Of a stretch of 64,000 nt of DNA, positions 8,166 to 18,100 are shown piece by piece. The translations under genes and the position numbers were made by a program. Numbering within the stretch: the first letter of the stretch is position 1; each line of letters opens with the position of its first letter. The notes under the pieces were generated by a model, which worked only from the letters and a program-made list of their open reading frames with translations, searched no databases and was not told where the DNA came from. The DNA comes from Candidatus Methylomirabilota bacterium (GTDB taxonomy: Bacteria; Methylomirabilota; Methylomirabilia; Rokubacteriales; DASRDR01). Location of the stretch: positions 5,113 through 69,112 of the forward strand of contig DASZOL010000017.1 in NCBI GenBank assembly GCA_035550795.1. The letters are read 5' to 3'.

Positions 8166-9046
8166 CAGGTCCCGAGCTGCTCGGCGCCACGCTGGCCGAA
8201 GAGGCCGGCCGGGCGCACCAGCAGGATCCCGATGAACAGGAGGAGGTAGAGCACCTCCTTCCAGGCCGTGCCGATGACGTACGAGCCCCCGACCTCGACA
8301 GCCGCGACCATCAGGCTGCCGAGCAGCGCTCCCACCATGTCGCCGAGCCCGCCGAGCACCACCACCACGTACGCGATCAGCACGAACTGGAGCCCGGCCG
8401 TCGGGTACACCGGATAAAGCGGCGCCAGGAGCACGCCGGCGACTCCCACGCACACGATCCCGATCGTCCACGTGAGAGCGTAAACGCGGTCGGTGTCGAT
8501 GCCCATGAGCGCCGCCGCCTGCCGGTCCTGAGCGGTGGCGCGCATCACCTTGCCGGTGTACGACCACCGCATGAATGCGAAGAGCGCGGCCGTGAAGGCG
8601 ACCGACGCGGCGAAGGCGATGACCTGGGCGAGGTTGAAGGCGGTGCCGCCCAGCCGCACCGCCACCGACGCGGCCTCGCTCCGGACGAACCGGAAGTCAC
8701 CCGTCCAGAGGACGAGGGCCAGGTTCTGAAGTGCGATCGAGAGCCCGACGGTCGTGAAGATCTGGACGTAGTGCGACTCGCGAACGACCGGCCGCATGAC
8801 GAGCCGGTAGCTGGCGAGGCCCGTGACGAAGAACACCGGGAGCGCTGCCGCCAGGACCACGTAGGGGTTGAGGGCGAGCAACGCGAAGGCCCAGAACGCC
8901 AGGTACATTCCGAGCATCACGAACTCGCCGTGGGCGAAGTTGACCACGCGCATCACGCCGAAGATGAGCGTGAGCCCGACCGCGATCAGAGCGTAGATCC
9001 CCCCGAGGAGGATCGTGGAGATCGCGAGCTGGGGGATCGCCTCCAT
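8165..9046 (-). CDS. livH: branched-chain amino acid ABC transporter permease
   Basis: ORF track 293 aa, MEAIPQLAISTILLGGIYALIAVGLTLIFGVMRVVNFAHGE, a typical LivH N-terminus. Confidence 0.9.
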   Translation of the reverse strand: MEAIPQLAISTILLGGIYALIAVGLTLIFGVMRVVNFAHGEFVMLGMYLAFWAFALLALNPYVVLAAALPVFFVTGLASYRLVMRPVVRESHYVQIFTTVGLSIALQNLALVLWTGDFRFVRSEAASVAVRLGGTAFNLAQVIAFAASVAFTAALFAFMRWSYTGKVMRATAQDRQAAALMGIDTDRVYALTWTIGIVCVGVAGVLLAPLYPVYPTAGLQFVLIAYVVVVLGGLGDMVGALLGSLMVAAVEVGGSYVIGTAWKEVLYLLLFIGILLVRPAGLFGQRGAEQLGT

Positions 9047-9109
9047 GCTAGGAGGGCGAGCGCCCCGGGGGCGTCCCGGGGCGCCGGCCGAGCGGGCGGC
9101 GGGAGGCGG

Positions 9110-10387
9110 CTACTTCCGCTGATCCCACGCGCCGAGGGGGATCCACTTGGCGCGCTTGTCCGTGAACTCCTCCGGCCACACGGTGACCTGCTGCCCGTCC
9201 TGCCACTGGAGCATGTAGTGCTGGACGCGCTCGTTCGAGTTCTGGCCGCTCTCTGCGAACTTCACGCCCCAGCCGTTCAAGGCCGACCCCACCGGCACAT
9301 CCATCGCCATGACCACCGCCCGGAACTGGTCGAGGTCGTCCGTCTTGGCCTGGTCGAGCACGAGCTTCAGGACCCACAGGCCGCCCGCGGCGAGCTGGTG
9401 GCCGCCGGCCGGGCTCGCGAGCCCGGTCTTCTGCTGGACGTAGTCGCGGAAGGCCCGCTCGATCCGCTGGCCCTCGGGGCGAAGCTTGTCGACCAGGAAG
9501 CCCGCGCTCGGCTCCAGCAGCGCGAAGGGCCCGTTGCCGTCGGCGCCGAGCGCCTTGCCGAAGTCCGGCGAGCCGTAGCCGGTGGCCCCGGCGTGCACCA
9601 GCGCCTTGAACTGGAAGTTCTGCTCGCGCGCCGCGCGCCAGAACAGGACCGAATCCTGACCACGGGCGATGTGGTGGACGATATCGGGGTTGAGCCCCTT
9701 GAGCTTGAGGACGATCGGGGTGAAGTCGTTGGTGGTCGCGAACGCGTAGTACTCCATCGCGACCTCGGTCATCCCGAACTCCTGCTTCGCCCGCTGGCGC
9801 GCGGCCTCGGTCACGCCCTGGCCGTACGAGGAATCCTCGGACAGGAAGGCGACGCGCAGCTCGTTCGGCTTCTTCCCGAAGCGGTGGGCGAGGTGCTTGG
9901 CGATGAACTCGACGTTGTACCAGCCGAACCCGGTGCCGTCGATCTCGGTGCGGAAGACGTTCTTGAGGCCGCGTCGGGTGAACCGGGGGTCGACGCAGGA
10001 GGTCTCCCAGTAGATGACGTTGTGGCGGGCCGCCGCCTCGCTCGCCGCGCCGCAGAGCGTGGAGGAGTAGGTGCCGGTCAGGATCTTCACGCCCTCCCGC
10101 GTGATCAGGCGCGTGGCCTCGGACGCCGCCGCCGTGGGATCGACCGCGTCACCGGCGACGAGCACGAGCTTCTTGCCCATTACGCCGCCGAAGCGCTCAT
10201 TGATGAGGTCGCGCATCAGCTCATAGCCCTCGAGGTGCCGCTTGCCCTCGAACGCGAGGGGACCCGTCAGGGGCTCGAGGATCCCGATCTTGTACTCACC
10301 GCTGAGCGACTGCCCCTCGACGGTGCCGATGCCGACCGCCAGAGCGACGAGCCCGAGAGTCATCACCGCTGCCTTGACGTAACGCAT
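9110..10387 (-). CDS. livK: ABC transporter substrate-binding protein, LivK/Leu-Ile-Val-binding family
   Basis: Within ORF 9110..10438; start at MRYVKAAVMTLGLVALAV (ATG 10387), with a signal peptide and SD GGAAGGGAGAG upstream. Periplasmic-binding-protein type I fold motifs (IGILEPLTGPLAFEG...). Confidence 0.85.
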   Translation of the reverse strand: MRYVKAAVMTLGLVALAVGIGTVEGQSLSGEYKIGILEPLTGPLAFEGKRHLEGYELMRDLINERFGGVMGKKLVLVAGDAVDPTAAASEATRLITREGVKILTGTYSSTLCGAASEAAARHNVIYWETSCVDPRFTRRGLKNVFRTEIDGTGFGWYNVEFIAKHLAHRFGKKPNELRVAFLSEDSSYGQGVTEAARQRAKQEFGMTEVAMEYYAFATTNDFTPIVLKLKGLNPDIVHHIARGQDSVLFWRAAREQNFQFKALVHAGATGYGSPDFGKALGADGNGPFALLEPSAGFLVDKLRPEGQRIERAFRDYVQQKTGLASPAGGHQLAAGGLWVLKLVLDQAKTDDLDQFRAVVMAMDVPVGSALNGWGVKFAESGQNSNERVQHYMLQWQDGQQVTVWPEEFTDKRAKWIPLGAWDQRK

Positions 10388-10484
10388 GCCCTGGTCTCTC
10401 CCTTCCGGCGTCGGCTGCCCCGAATGGGCACCACGCATGCAAGGACGATGGTCGTCCCCTCGTCGAGGGTATGTGAGGGCTCGG

Positions 10485-10514
10485 ATTCTAGGGTGGCGAT
10501 CCCTCGGGGGTCAA
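10485..10514 (-). promoter_or_regulatory. candidate sigma70-type promoter for the liv operon
   Basis: Minus strand reads TTGACC (10514-10509), 18-nt spacer, TAGAAT (10490-10485). It lies ~95 nt upstream of the livK ATG. Confidence 0.45.
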
Positions 10515-10547
10515 GCCGCCCCCCTCCACCCGCCGATTGTCTTGAAG

Positions 10548-10588
10548 CGCTGAGGGTGCCCGGCCGCTGGGCGCCAGCACCCTCAGCG
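10548..10588 (-). other. strong stem-loop between ilvE and the liv promoter (terminator or regulatory hairpin)
   Basis: 11-bp perfect stem cgctgagggtg (10548-10558) / caccctcagcg (10578-10588) with a 19-nt loop and no U-tract. Lies ~30 nt downstream of a 19-codon SD-preceded ORF. Confidence 0.4.
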
Positions 10589-10801
10589 GTAGGCCGGCAC
10601 AGTGCGCGATACCGCCCATCAGACGTCGGCGCGCAATGAGTCGCTTTCGCTAATCACCTTCGCGCGGCTCGACCTCATAACTCCTTCTCCAATCCGTGGG
10701 GAGGCCTGTAAGGGAGGGGGCGCGCTCTGGAAGCCCTGCCCGCCACATCGACGCAAGCGTGCCCGTCTCCCTGACCCTGCGTGAGGACCAGGACGGTGAG
10801 C

Positions 10802-10836
10802 GGCCCGCCGGGCGATTCCATACCACCCCGCGGGCC
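10802..10836 (-). terminator. candidate GC hairpin terminator after ilvE
   Basis: Stem ggcccgc (10802-10808) / gcgggcc (10830-10836) plus an inner ggg/ccc with one bulge. Lies 28 nt downstream of the ilvE stop; no U-tract. Confidence 0.3.
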
Positions 10837-10863
10837 GCCTCGCGGATCGGGCTGCAGCAGGCG

Positions 10864-11781
10864 TCAGCGGCCGTAGACCGGCGTCAGCCAGCGGCGGTAG
10901 GCCGGCTTCTCGCCCCGGACCACGGCGAAGTAGCACGCCTGGATCGCGCGCGTCACCGGGCCCGGCTGGACGCCGTCGCCGAGGGGCAAGCGGTCGATCG
11001 ACACGACCGGCGTGATCTCCCAGCCGCTCCCGCAGAGGAAGACCTCGTCCGCGAGGTAGAGCTCGGTGCGGTCGACCTCCCGCTCGAGCGCCGGCTGGCC
11101 GAGCTCGGTCCGGAACAGCTCGATGAGCGTGGCGCGGGTCACCGACTCCAGGATGTCCGCCGTCACCGGCGGGGTGATCGGCACGCCGCCGCGCAGGAGG
11201 AAGCAGCACGCGCCCGGCGCCTCGGCGAGCTTGCCGCGGCCGTTCAGGAGGAGCGCGCCGTCGTAGCCGTTCGCCTTCGCCTCCAGGGTGGCGAGGCGCC
11301 CGTTCTGGTAGTTCGCCGAGCACTTGATGCGGGGCGGCATCGCCCCGTCGGCGATCCGCGTCCACGACGACACGCCGACGGCGATCCCCGGCTTCTGCGT
11401 CGCCTTCCGCGGCCGTGCGTCGACGGCGAGGCCCACGGGCCCGGCGTCGTCCATGTCGCCGTCCGACGAGAGGTAGGCGGTCTGCCTGATGTGCACGTCC
11501 TCGCGCGCCTGGTTCTTGCGGAGGACGTCCAGGATCGACCGCCCGATCTCCTCGCGCGTCAGCGAGTGCTGCATCCGCATGAGCCGCATCGACGCGAAGA
11601 GCCGGTCGATGTGCTCCTGGAGCCGGAACACGTAGAGCTCCTCCTGGGCCGGATTCCAGTAGGCTCGGAGACCTTCGAACACCGATCCCCCGTACTTCAC
11701 CGCCGTCGACTGGACGTGGATCCGCGCGTCCGCGTAGGGAACAAGCTCGCCGTTGAGATAGACGTACCGGCCCGTCGTCAC
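10864..11781 (-). CDS. ilvE: branched-chain amino acid aminotransferase (PLP fold type IV)
   Basis: Within ORF 10864..11892; GTG start at 11781 preceded by GAGGAGG at 6 nt (VTTGRYVYLNGELVPYADARIHV). Class IV aminotransferase blocks: GGSVFEGLRAY, IKCSANYQNG, EAPGACCFLL. Confidence 0.85.
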   Translation of the reverse strand: MTTGRYVYLNGELVPYADARIHVQSTAVKYGGSVFEGLRAYWNPAQEELYVFRLQEHIDRLFASMRLMRMQHSLTREEIGRSILDVLRKNQAREDVHIRQTAYLSSDGDMDDAGPVGLAVDARPRKATQKPGIAVGVSSWTRIADGAMPPRIKCSANYQNGRLATLEAKANGYDGALLLNGRGKLAEAPGACCFLLRGGVPITPPVTADILESVTRATLIELFRTELGQPALEREVDRTELYLADEVFLCGSGWEITPVVSIDRLPLGDGVQPGPVTRAIQACYFAVVRGEKPAYRRWLTPVYGR

Positions 11782-11818
11782 CAGGGTCCTCCTCTTTCCG
11801 CCCGCCGCGGAGCGGGCC

Positions 11819-12790
11819 TCACCGCCGGATGCGCGGATCCGGCTGCGCCAGGAGCTCCTCGAGCTCGCCGGGCCGGACGACCGCGATGTCACCCCACATC
11901 GTACACTTCAGCGCCGCCAGGGCCGTTCCGAAGTCCTGGGCCCGCTGGGCATCCCCCGAGATCAGCCAGCCGTGCAGGAAGCCCGCCGCGAACGCATCGC
12001 CGGCGCCGACGCGATCCGCCACGAGATCGAGGCTGTAGAGCCGGGTCGGGCGGCGTGGACGGTCGCTCAGGACCACTGAGCCCTGGTCGCCGAGCGTCAA
12101 CGCGACGATCGCCCCGTGCGCAAGCTGGCGCAGCCGCGCCGCGACGGCCTCGGGCTCGCCGTCGATCCCGAAGATACGCCGCGCGTCCTCTATGCCCACG
12201 AACAGGAGCCCCACCCGGGGCAGCAGCGGCTCGAGATAGGCCCGCGCCGCCTCGTGCGTCCAGAGAGCGGTCCGGTGGTTCACGTCGAGCGACAGGAGCG
12301 CCCCGGTCGCGCGGGCCGACTCGACCGCGCGCTCGAACAGGCGTCTCGGACGGGGGCCGAGCGCCGCCGTGATACCGGTGACGTGGACGACGCGGGTGCG
12401 GGAGACCGTCGCCCAGTCCACCTCCGACTCGTCGAGCGACGCAAAGGCGGAGTCCTTCCGGTCATAGACCACCCGAATCGGGCGGGGCGCCACGCCGTAC
12501 TCGATGAAGTAGGTCCCGATCCGGCCGCCGTCGCGCCAGCCGACGTGCGCGACGTCCACCCCGTGGCCGCGGAGCTCGCGGGCGAGGCGGTCCCCCCAGA
12601 CGTTCGTGGGCAGCGCTGAGATCCACGCGGTGCGGTGGCCGAGGCGCGCCAGCGCGCACAGGACGTTGGCCTCCGTCCCGCCGTAGGAGACGTCAAGCTC
12701 CCTCGCCTGCTCGAGCCGGGTAGGCGGCCGCGACGCCAGGCGCAGCATGACCTCGCCCGGAGCAACGACGTCGAAGAGGGGCTCGGGCAC
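11819..12790 (-). CDS. PfkB-family sugar kinase (2-dehydro-3-deoxygluconokinase-like)
   Basis: ORF track 323 aa. N-terminal GEVMLRL...GGTEANV and C-terminal DRVGAGDAFAAGFLHG (PfkB signature 2). Confidence 0.8.
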   Translation of the reverse strand: MPEPLFDVVAPGEVMLRLASRPPTRLEQARELDVSYGGTEANVLCALARLGHRTAWISALPTNVWGDRLARELRGHGVDVAHVGWRDGGRIGTYFIEYGVAPRPIRVVYDRKDSAFASLDESEVDWATVSRTRVVHVTGITAALGPRPRRLFERAVESARATGALLSLDVNHRTALWTHEAARAYLEPLLPRVGLLFVGIEDARRIFGIDGEPEAVAARLRQLAHGAIVALTLGDQGSVVLSDRPRRPTRLYSLDLVADRVGAGDAFAAGFLHGWLISGDAQRAQDFGTALAALKCTMWGDIAVVRPGELEELLAQPDPRIRR

Positions 12791-12795
12791 GGCCC

Positions 12796-13803
12796 TCAGC
12801 CGCCGGCGGCCGGCGGCCGGCGCAGACGCCCCAGCACGTCCGGATTGACGCAGTGCCGCGGCCGCTCGCCCCGGAGCACCCGGACGGCTTCCTCGGCCGC
12901 GCGTCGCTTCAGGTCCGAGCGTCCCTCCTCCGAGTACCAGGCCGCGTGCGGGGTCACGATCACCTGCTCCATCCGGAGCAGCGGACTGGCCGGATCAAGG
13001 GGCTCCTGCTCGAGCACGTCGAGCCCCGCGCCCGCCAGGAGCCCCTCCTGGAGGGCCTTGACGAGCGCGCCGGTATCGACGATCCCTCCTCGCGCCGTGT
13101 TGATGAGCACGGCGGTCGGTCGCATCCACCCGAGGGACTCCGCGTCGAAGGCGTGCCGGGTCTCGTCCGTCAGGGGACAGTGGACCGTCACGTAGTCCGA
13201 TTCGGCCAGGAGCCGCTCGAAGGCGACCGGCTGCACACCGGCAGGGAAGGTGTTGACGTACGGGTCGCAGCCGAGCAGCCGGACGTCGAACCCGCCCAGC
13301 TTCCGCGCGACGGCCGACCCGATGCGGCCGCACCCGAGGATGCCCACGGTCTGCCCGGCGAGGCGCGTCACGGGCCCGACGCGGAACACGTCCCAGCCGC
13401 CGCTCCGGGTCTGCCGGTCGAGCCGCGCGATCTTGCGGGCCAGCGCGAGGAGGAGCGCCACCGCGTGGTTCGCCACCTCGTCGGTCCCGTAGTCCGGCAC
13501 GTTCACGACCGGCACGCCGTGCTCGGTCGCAGCCGTCACGTCGATACCGTCCACGCCGACGCCATACCGCACCAGCACGCGGACGCGAGGGAGTCCCTCG
13601 ATCACGCGGCGCGTGACGGCGCCGTACTGGATCAGGAGCGCGTCGGCCTCGCCGCACCGCTCCAGGTACTCGGTCTCGGTGCGCGCGACGACCGTCTGCA
13701 GCCGCACACCCGCCCGTGCGAGGACGTCCTGCTCCTCCGTGAGGTTGGCGTGATCGAGACCGCACACGACGACGAGCGGCCCGCCAGGCGCGGTCGGCGT
13801 CAT
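12796..13803 (-). CDS. D-isomer-specific 2-hydroxyacid dehydrogenase (CtBP/PGDH-like)
   Basis: ORF track 335 aa. NAD-binding GILGCGRIGSAVARKL, catalytic region LINTARGGIVD and VTPHAAWYS. Confidence 0.85.
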   Translation of the reverse strand: MTPTAPGGPLVVVCGLDHANLTEEQDVLARAGVRLQTVVARTETEYLERCGEADALLIQYGAVTRRVIEGLPRVRVLVRYGVGVDGIDVTAATEHGVPVVNVPDYGTDEVANHAVALLLALARKIARLDRQTRSGGWDVFRVGPVTRLAGQTVGILGCGRIGSAVARKLGGFDVRLLGCDPYVNTFPAGVQPVAFERLLAESDYVTVHCPLTDETRHAFDAESLGWMRPTAVLINTARGGIVDTGALVKALQEGLLAGAGLDVLEQEPLDPASPLLRMEQVIVTPHAAWYSEEGRSDLKRRAAEEAVRVLRGERPRHCVNPDVLGRLRRPPAAGG

Positions 13804-13866
13804 CGAACCGGAAAGCTCAAGCGGGGGGACGCGGGCTGGCCGTCGCGCGCCGGATCGGAGCCCGCG

Positions 13867-13950
13867 CTAGCCGCGCTTCATCGGCCGACCGCAGCACACC
13901 TTCTGCACGGGGGCCGTCTTGAGGCACTTCGGACAGTAGTATCCCGGCAT
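13867..13950 (-). CDS. candidate 27-aa Cys-rich micro-protein (CxxC...CC)
   Basis: Hand-found, below the ORF-track cutoff. GGGGAG SD lies ~5 nt upstream of the ATG at 13950. Peptide MPGYYCPKCLKTAPVQKVCCGRPMKRG, TAG stop at 13867-13869. 24 of 27 codons end in G/C, like neighbouring genes. Fills the 156-bp gap between the thiolase and the dehydrogenase. Confidence 0.4.
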   Translation of the reverse strand: MPGYYCPKCLKTAPVQKVCCGRPMKRG

Positions 13951-13959
13951 CGGTCTCCC

Positions 13960-15105
13960 CTAGAGCCGCTCGACGATCGTCGCGATCCCCTGTCCGAATC
14001 CGATGCACATCGTCGACAGCCCGAACCGCCCGCCGGAGCGCTCAAGCTCGTGAAGGAGCGTAACGAGGAGCCGGGCGCCCGAGCAGCCGAGCGGGTGGCC
14101 GAGCGCGATGGCCCCACCGTTGACGTTCACGCGACTCATGTCCGGCTGGAGCTCCCGCTCCCAGGCCAGCACGACCGAGGCGAAGGCCTCGTTCACCTCG
14201 AAGCGGTCGATGTCACCGAGCCCCAAACCTGCCTTGGCGAGGACCCGCCGGGTCGCCGGGATCGGGCCCGTGAGCATGATCGTCGGGTCGACGCCCGCGA
14301 GCGCGGTTGCCACGAACCGCGCCCGGGGCCGGAGGCCGAGCGTGCGCGCCTTGTCCTGCGACATGATCAGCAGGGCCGCCGCACCGTCCGAGATCTGGCT
14401 CGAGTTGGCCGCGGTCACGGCCCCCTCCGGCTTGAACGAGGGCGCGAGCGCGGCGATCCGACCCCGGTCGACGGGAACGCGGACGCCCTCATCGACGGCG
14501 AACGTCGATCCGTCCGCCAGCGACACCGGCACGATCTCACGGGCGAAGCGCCCCCCGGCGATCGCGCGCCCGGCCTTCTCGTGGCTCTGCGCCGAGAACT
14601 CGTCGAGGTCCGCGCGCGTAAGCCCCCACTTCTCGACGAGAAGCTCGGCCGAGGTGCCCTGGGGCACGATCTCGTACCGCTCGGCAAGCCGCGGGCTGAT
14701 TGGGCCGTCTCCGGGTCCGCTGGCGCTCGAGCCCATCGGCACGCGAGTCATGCTCTCGACGCCGCCGACGATCAGGCACTCGTGCTGCCCGGAGGCGATC
14801 ATGCCGAAGCCGAAGTTCGCCGCCTGCTGGCCGGACCCGCACATCCGATCGAGGGTCACCCCGCAGACGTCGAGGGGAAGGCCGGCGATGAGCGCCGCGT
14901 TCCGCGCGATGTTGAACGCCTGCTCGCCGACCTGGTCCACACAGCCCAGGATCACGTCCTCGGCCACCGCGGGATCGACGCCCGCACGCCGGACGACCGC
15001 GCCGAGCACGTGGGCCGCGAGGTCGTCGGGGCGGACCCCGGCAAGCTTCCCGTTTCGCCGGCCGATGGGCGAGCGGACAGCTTCGACGATCACGGTCTGG
15101 TGCAT
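13960..15105 (-). CDS. acetyl-CoA C-acetyltransferase (thiolase II family)
   Basis: ORF track 381 aa. Active-site region LDRMCGSGQQA (Cys nucleophile), NVNGGAIALGHPLGCSG, and C-terminal CIGFGQG. Confidence 0.9.
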   Translation of the reverse strand: MHQTVIVEAVRSPIGRRNGKLAGVRPDDLAAHVLGAVVRRAGVDPAVAEDVILGCVDQVGEQAFNIARNAALIAGLPLDVCGVTLDRMCGSGQQAANFGFGMIASGQHECLIVGGVESMTRVPMGSSASGPGDGPISPRLAERYEIVPQGTSAELLVEKWGLTRADLDEFSAQSHEKAGRAIAGGRFAREIVPVSLADGSTFAVDEGVRVPVDRGRIAALAPSFKPEGAVTAANSSQISDGAAALLIMSQDKARTLGLRPRARFVATALAGVDPTIMLTGPIPATRRVLAKAGLGLGDIDRFEVNEAFASVVLAWERELQPDMSRVNVNGGAIALGHPLGCSGARLLVTLLHELERSGGRFGLSTMCIGFGQGIATIVERL

Positions 15106-15186
15106 GGGCGCCTCCTCGACACGCGGGTGTCCCCGCGCGGAGCCATCATACCGGCGCCCCTGGCGGCCCGCAACGGCCGGACGGCC

Positions 15187-18100
15187 TCAGGTCGGACCGG
15201 CTGCCGCGAGGGCGTCGCCGACGCGGTGGAGAACCTCGGCGGCCTCGAACGGCTTGGCGACGACGAACCGGATGCCGTGGCGCGTGAGCTGGGCGGGATC
15301 AAGCCGATCACCCCATCCCGTGATGAGACCCACCGGGATATCCGGGAACCGGGCATGGCATGCCTCCGCCACTTCCCAGCCTGACATCGCCGGCATCGAC
15401 ACGTCGCTCAGGACGAGATCGACCGGCTCCGTCTCCCAGAGCGCGAGCCCCGCGGGGCCGTCGGACGCCGCGACGACCGTGTAGCCCTCGCCGCCCAGAA
15501 GCTCCCGGAGGACCTCACGCACACCCGCCTCATCGTCGATCACGAGAATTCGGGCCGGGCGCGCGGGACGAGCGTGGTCGGGTCCCGGCGGCGGCTCGGG
15601 CAGCGAGCGGGCCACCGGCAGTCGCACCGTGAACGTGGTCCCCTCCCCGGGCTGGCTGATCACCTCCACGGTGCCGCCGTGTCGGTTCACGATACCCCAC
15701 ACGACGGACAGCCCGAGTCCACTGCCCTGGGGCCCCTTCGTCGTGAAGAAGGGCTCGAAGACCCGTCGCGCGGTCTCGGGCGCCATGCCGCGGCCGGTGT
15801 CGCGCACGGTCGCCACCACGGTGCCGTCCTGCACCCCCAGCCCGAACACGAGACGTCCTCCCGCGGACATCGCCTCGAGCGCATTGGTGAGGAGGTTGGT
15901 GAAGACCTCGCGCAGCTCCTCGGGCCGCCCGGCGACCCAGGGGATCGGCCCGCCCTCGATCCACACCTCGTAGGAGATCCCCCGGCTCTGCGCCTCGTCC
16001 TTCCAGCGCGGCCGCGTCATCTCGACGACTTCACGGACGACGTCCAGGAGATCGACGTGGCGGAACGGCCGGGTCCGGCGCGTCCGCGTGAACTCCTGAA
16101 TGCGCCGCACCGTCTGCGCACCGTCGAGGGCGGCCTGGCGGATCGTCTCGAGCCCGCGGGACAGCTCCGTTCCCTGTGCGCGACGCAGGAGCAGCTCGGC
16201 ACGGCCCACGATGACGGCCAGGAGGTTGTTGAAGTCGTGGGCCACGCCGGCCGCCATCTCGCCGAGCGCCCGGAGCTTCTCGGTCCGGACCATGTGGTCC
16301 TGAGCCACGGCGAGCTCACGGTACGCCGCCGAGCGCTCCTCGTAGAGCCGCGCGCTCCGGAGCGCCAGCGCCGTGAGGCTGGCGATGTTGGTCAGGAGCC
16401 GCTCGTCGGCCTCCGTGAACGGCCGCGCGGCGGCCGCCAGGGTCAAGACGCCCAGCACGTCGTCCCCGACGACCATCGGCACTCCCAGCCAGTGCGGCAG
16501 GGCAACGGACTCCGGGACCGGCTCGACGCCCTCCCGGACGCAGGCCACCGCGTATTCCGCGGTGCGCAGCGGGACCCGCCGGGTCACCACGGCGCTCGCC
16601 AGGCCCACCCCGAGCGGGCGGCGCCGCGGAAGGTCCGGCTCCGGGGCCCCGTCCCGCTCCCGCAGGGCGATCTCCAGCTCGCGCCGGGCCGGATCGTAGA
16701 GGAAGATGGCCAGGTTGCGCACGTCAAGCACGCGCGCCACCTCGCGGTGGACGGCCGCGACGAGCTGGGCCGTGTCGAGCTGGCCCGTCACCGCGCGGGA
16801 GAGCTCGTACAGCGCGGAGAGCTCCGCCAGCTTCCGCCGGTCGTCCTCGAACAGGCGCGCGTGTTCCAGGGCGATCCCCGCCTGGCTGGCCATCGCCTGC
16901 ACGAGGCCGAGCTCCCGCTGCCCACAGACGAGCTCACGCTCCCACCAGGCGGCGATGATCCCGCCAACCAGGCGCTCGTTGGCGACGATGGGCGCGAAGA
17001 TCTGGGCACGGTGCGGCGCGAGCGTCACGAACTCCCGGGGGAGCCGCTCATCGCGCGCCGCGTCCGTGGACACCGCGACCGCGCGCCGGGCGATCGCCTC
17101 CGTGTAGAGGGCGCTTCGGCTCGGATCGATGCGGAACCCGCGCAGTCGCTCGACGACGGCGGGCGTGACGTGGTAGCCGGCGAAGGGCTCGAGCTCGCCC
17201 GTGACGGGGTCCGCGAGCCACACGCCCGCGGAGTCGGCCCCCACGGTCCGGGTAACCTGCTGGAGCAGGACCCGCAGCAAGGGGTCGAGCTCGATCGTCG
17301 ACGACAGAGTGCGGCTAACACCCAGCAACCGCTCCATCTCCTCGAGCTTCTCGCCCGTCTGCCGGGCGAGCTCCGCGTTCTCCGCAGCCAGTCCCACCTG
17401 GGACGCCACTCCCTCGATCAGACGGATCTCCGCCGGACCGACGGGACGCCCCGGCGTCCCCCACACGAGCAAGAGGGCCCCCCCGACCTCGCCCCGGACA
17501 AGAGTCGGCGCGAGGAGGGCCGACTTCGGCGGGGCAGCGGCCGGGAACGTGAAGCCGAACCGCGGATCGGCCAGGCAGTCCGACGTCCAGATGGGCTGGT
17601 ACCCGGCGAAGGCTTCCCGGAGACGCTCCAGGGGAATGGGCGCCTCGGGGAGGGGCGGCACCCGCGTATCCGGCACGTGGTAGCCCGCGACGGGCAGGAG
17701 CGCCTTCCGGGGGCCGTCGAGGACGTAGACGCCCACCCGGTCGGCGCCGAAGGAACGGGCCACCTCCCGCGCCACGCGCCGCATGCTCTCCTTGATCGGA
17801 AGTAGCTGGGAGAGCACCCCGGCGACGGTCAGGAGCGTTTCGCTCTCCGTCAGGCGACCTCGGGTCTCGGCGAACAGCCGGGCGTTCTCGAGAGCCAGCG
17901 CGATCTGGTCCGCGAAGGCCTCCGCCAGGCGGACCTCGTCGTCGCGGAGAACCCGTCCGACCGGGTAGAGGCAGCTGAGGACTCCCAGGACGACTCCCCG
18001 GACCTCGAGGGGCACCGCGAGGATCGCGCGATTTGGCGTGCTCCCGTAGAGCCGGCGCAGGTCCGGCGTGAGCCTGATCTCCGGATCGGTCAGGACGTCC

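Noticed and set aside
6472-8190. 572-aa ORF that appears to fuse LivG to an N-terminal extension. The same situation occurs at 7191..8567, 15187..18891, 32260..35052, 34692..35432, 56471..57577, 57785..59080 and 52249..53799.
   Set aside because: The upstream extensions run through the preceding gene in another frame and are compositionally junk. Internal ATG/GTG starts with SDs or ATGA/GTGA coupling overlaps give products of normal family length.
8093-10639. Very long plus-strand ORF (848 aa). Similar giants occur at 12853..15384 (843 aa), 23485..25806 (773 aa), 15574..17805 (743 aa), 50098..51888 (596 aa), 47080..48768 (562 aa) and 10696..12372 (558 aa).
   Set aside because: All lie antisense to genes with clear family motifs. 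Their translations are Arg/Pro/Gly/Ala/Asp-rich low-complexity strings with no recognisable motifs. Long stop-free antisense frames are expected at ~70% GC.
10619-10678. The 19-codon ORF, considered as a classical branched-chain amino-acid attenuation leader for the liv operon.
   Set aside because: The peptide has single Val, Ile and Leu residues and no runs of regulatory codons. No alternative antiterminator pairing was evident, and the best promoter motif for livK lies downstream of it. It is kept only as a low-interest observation.
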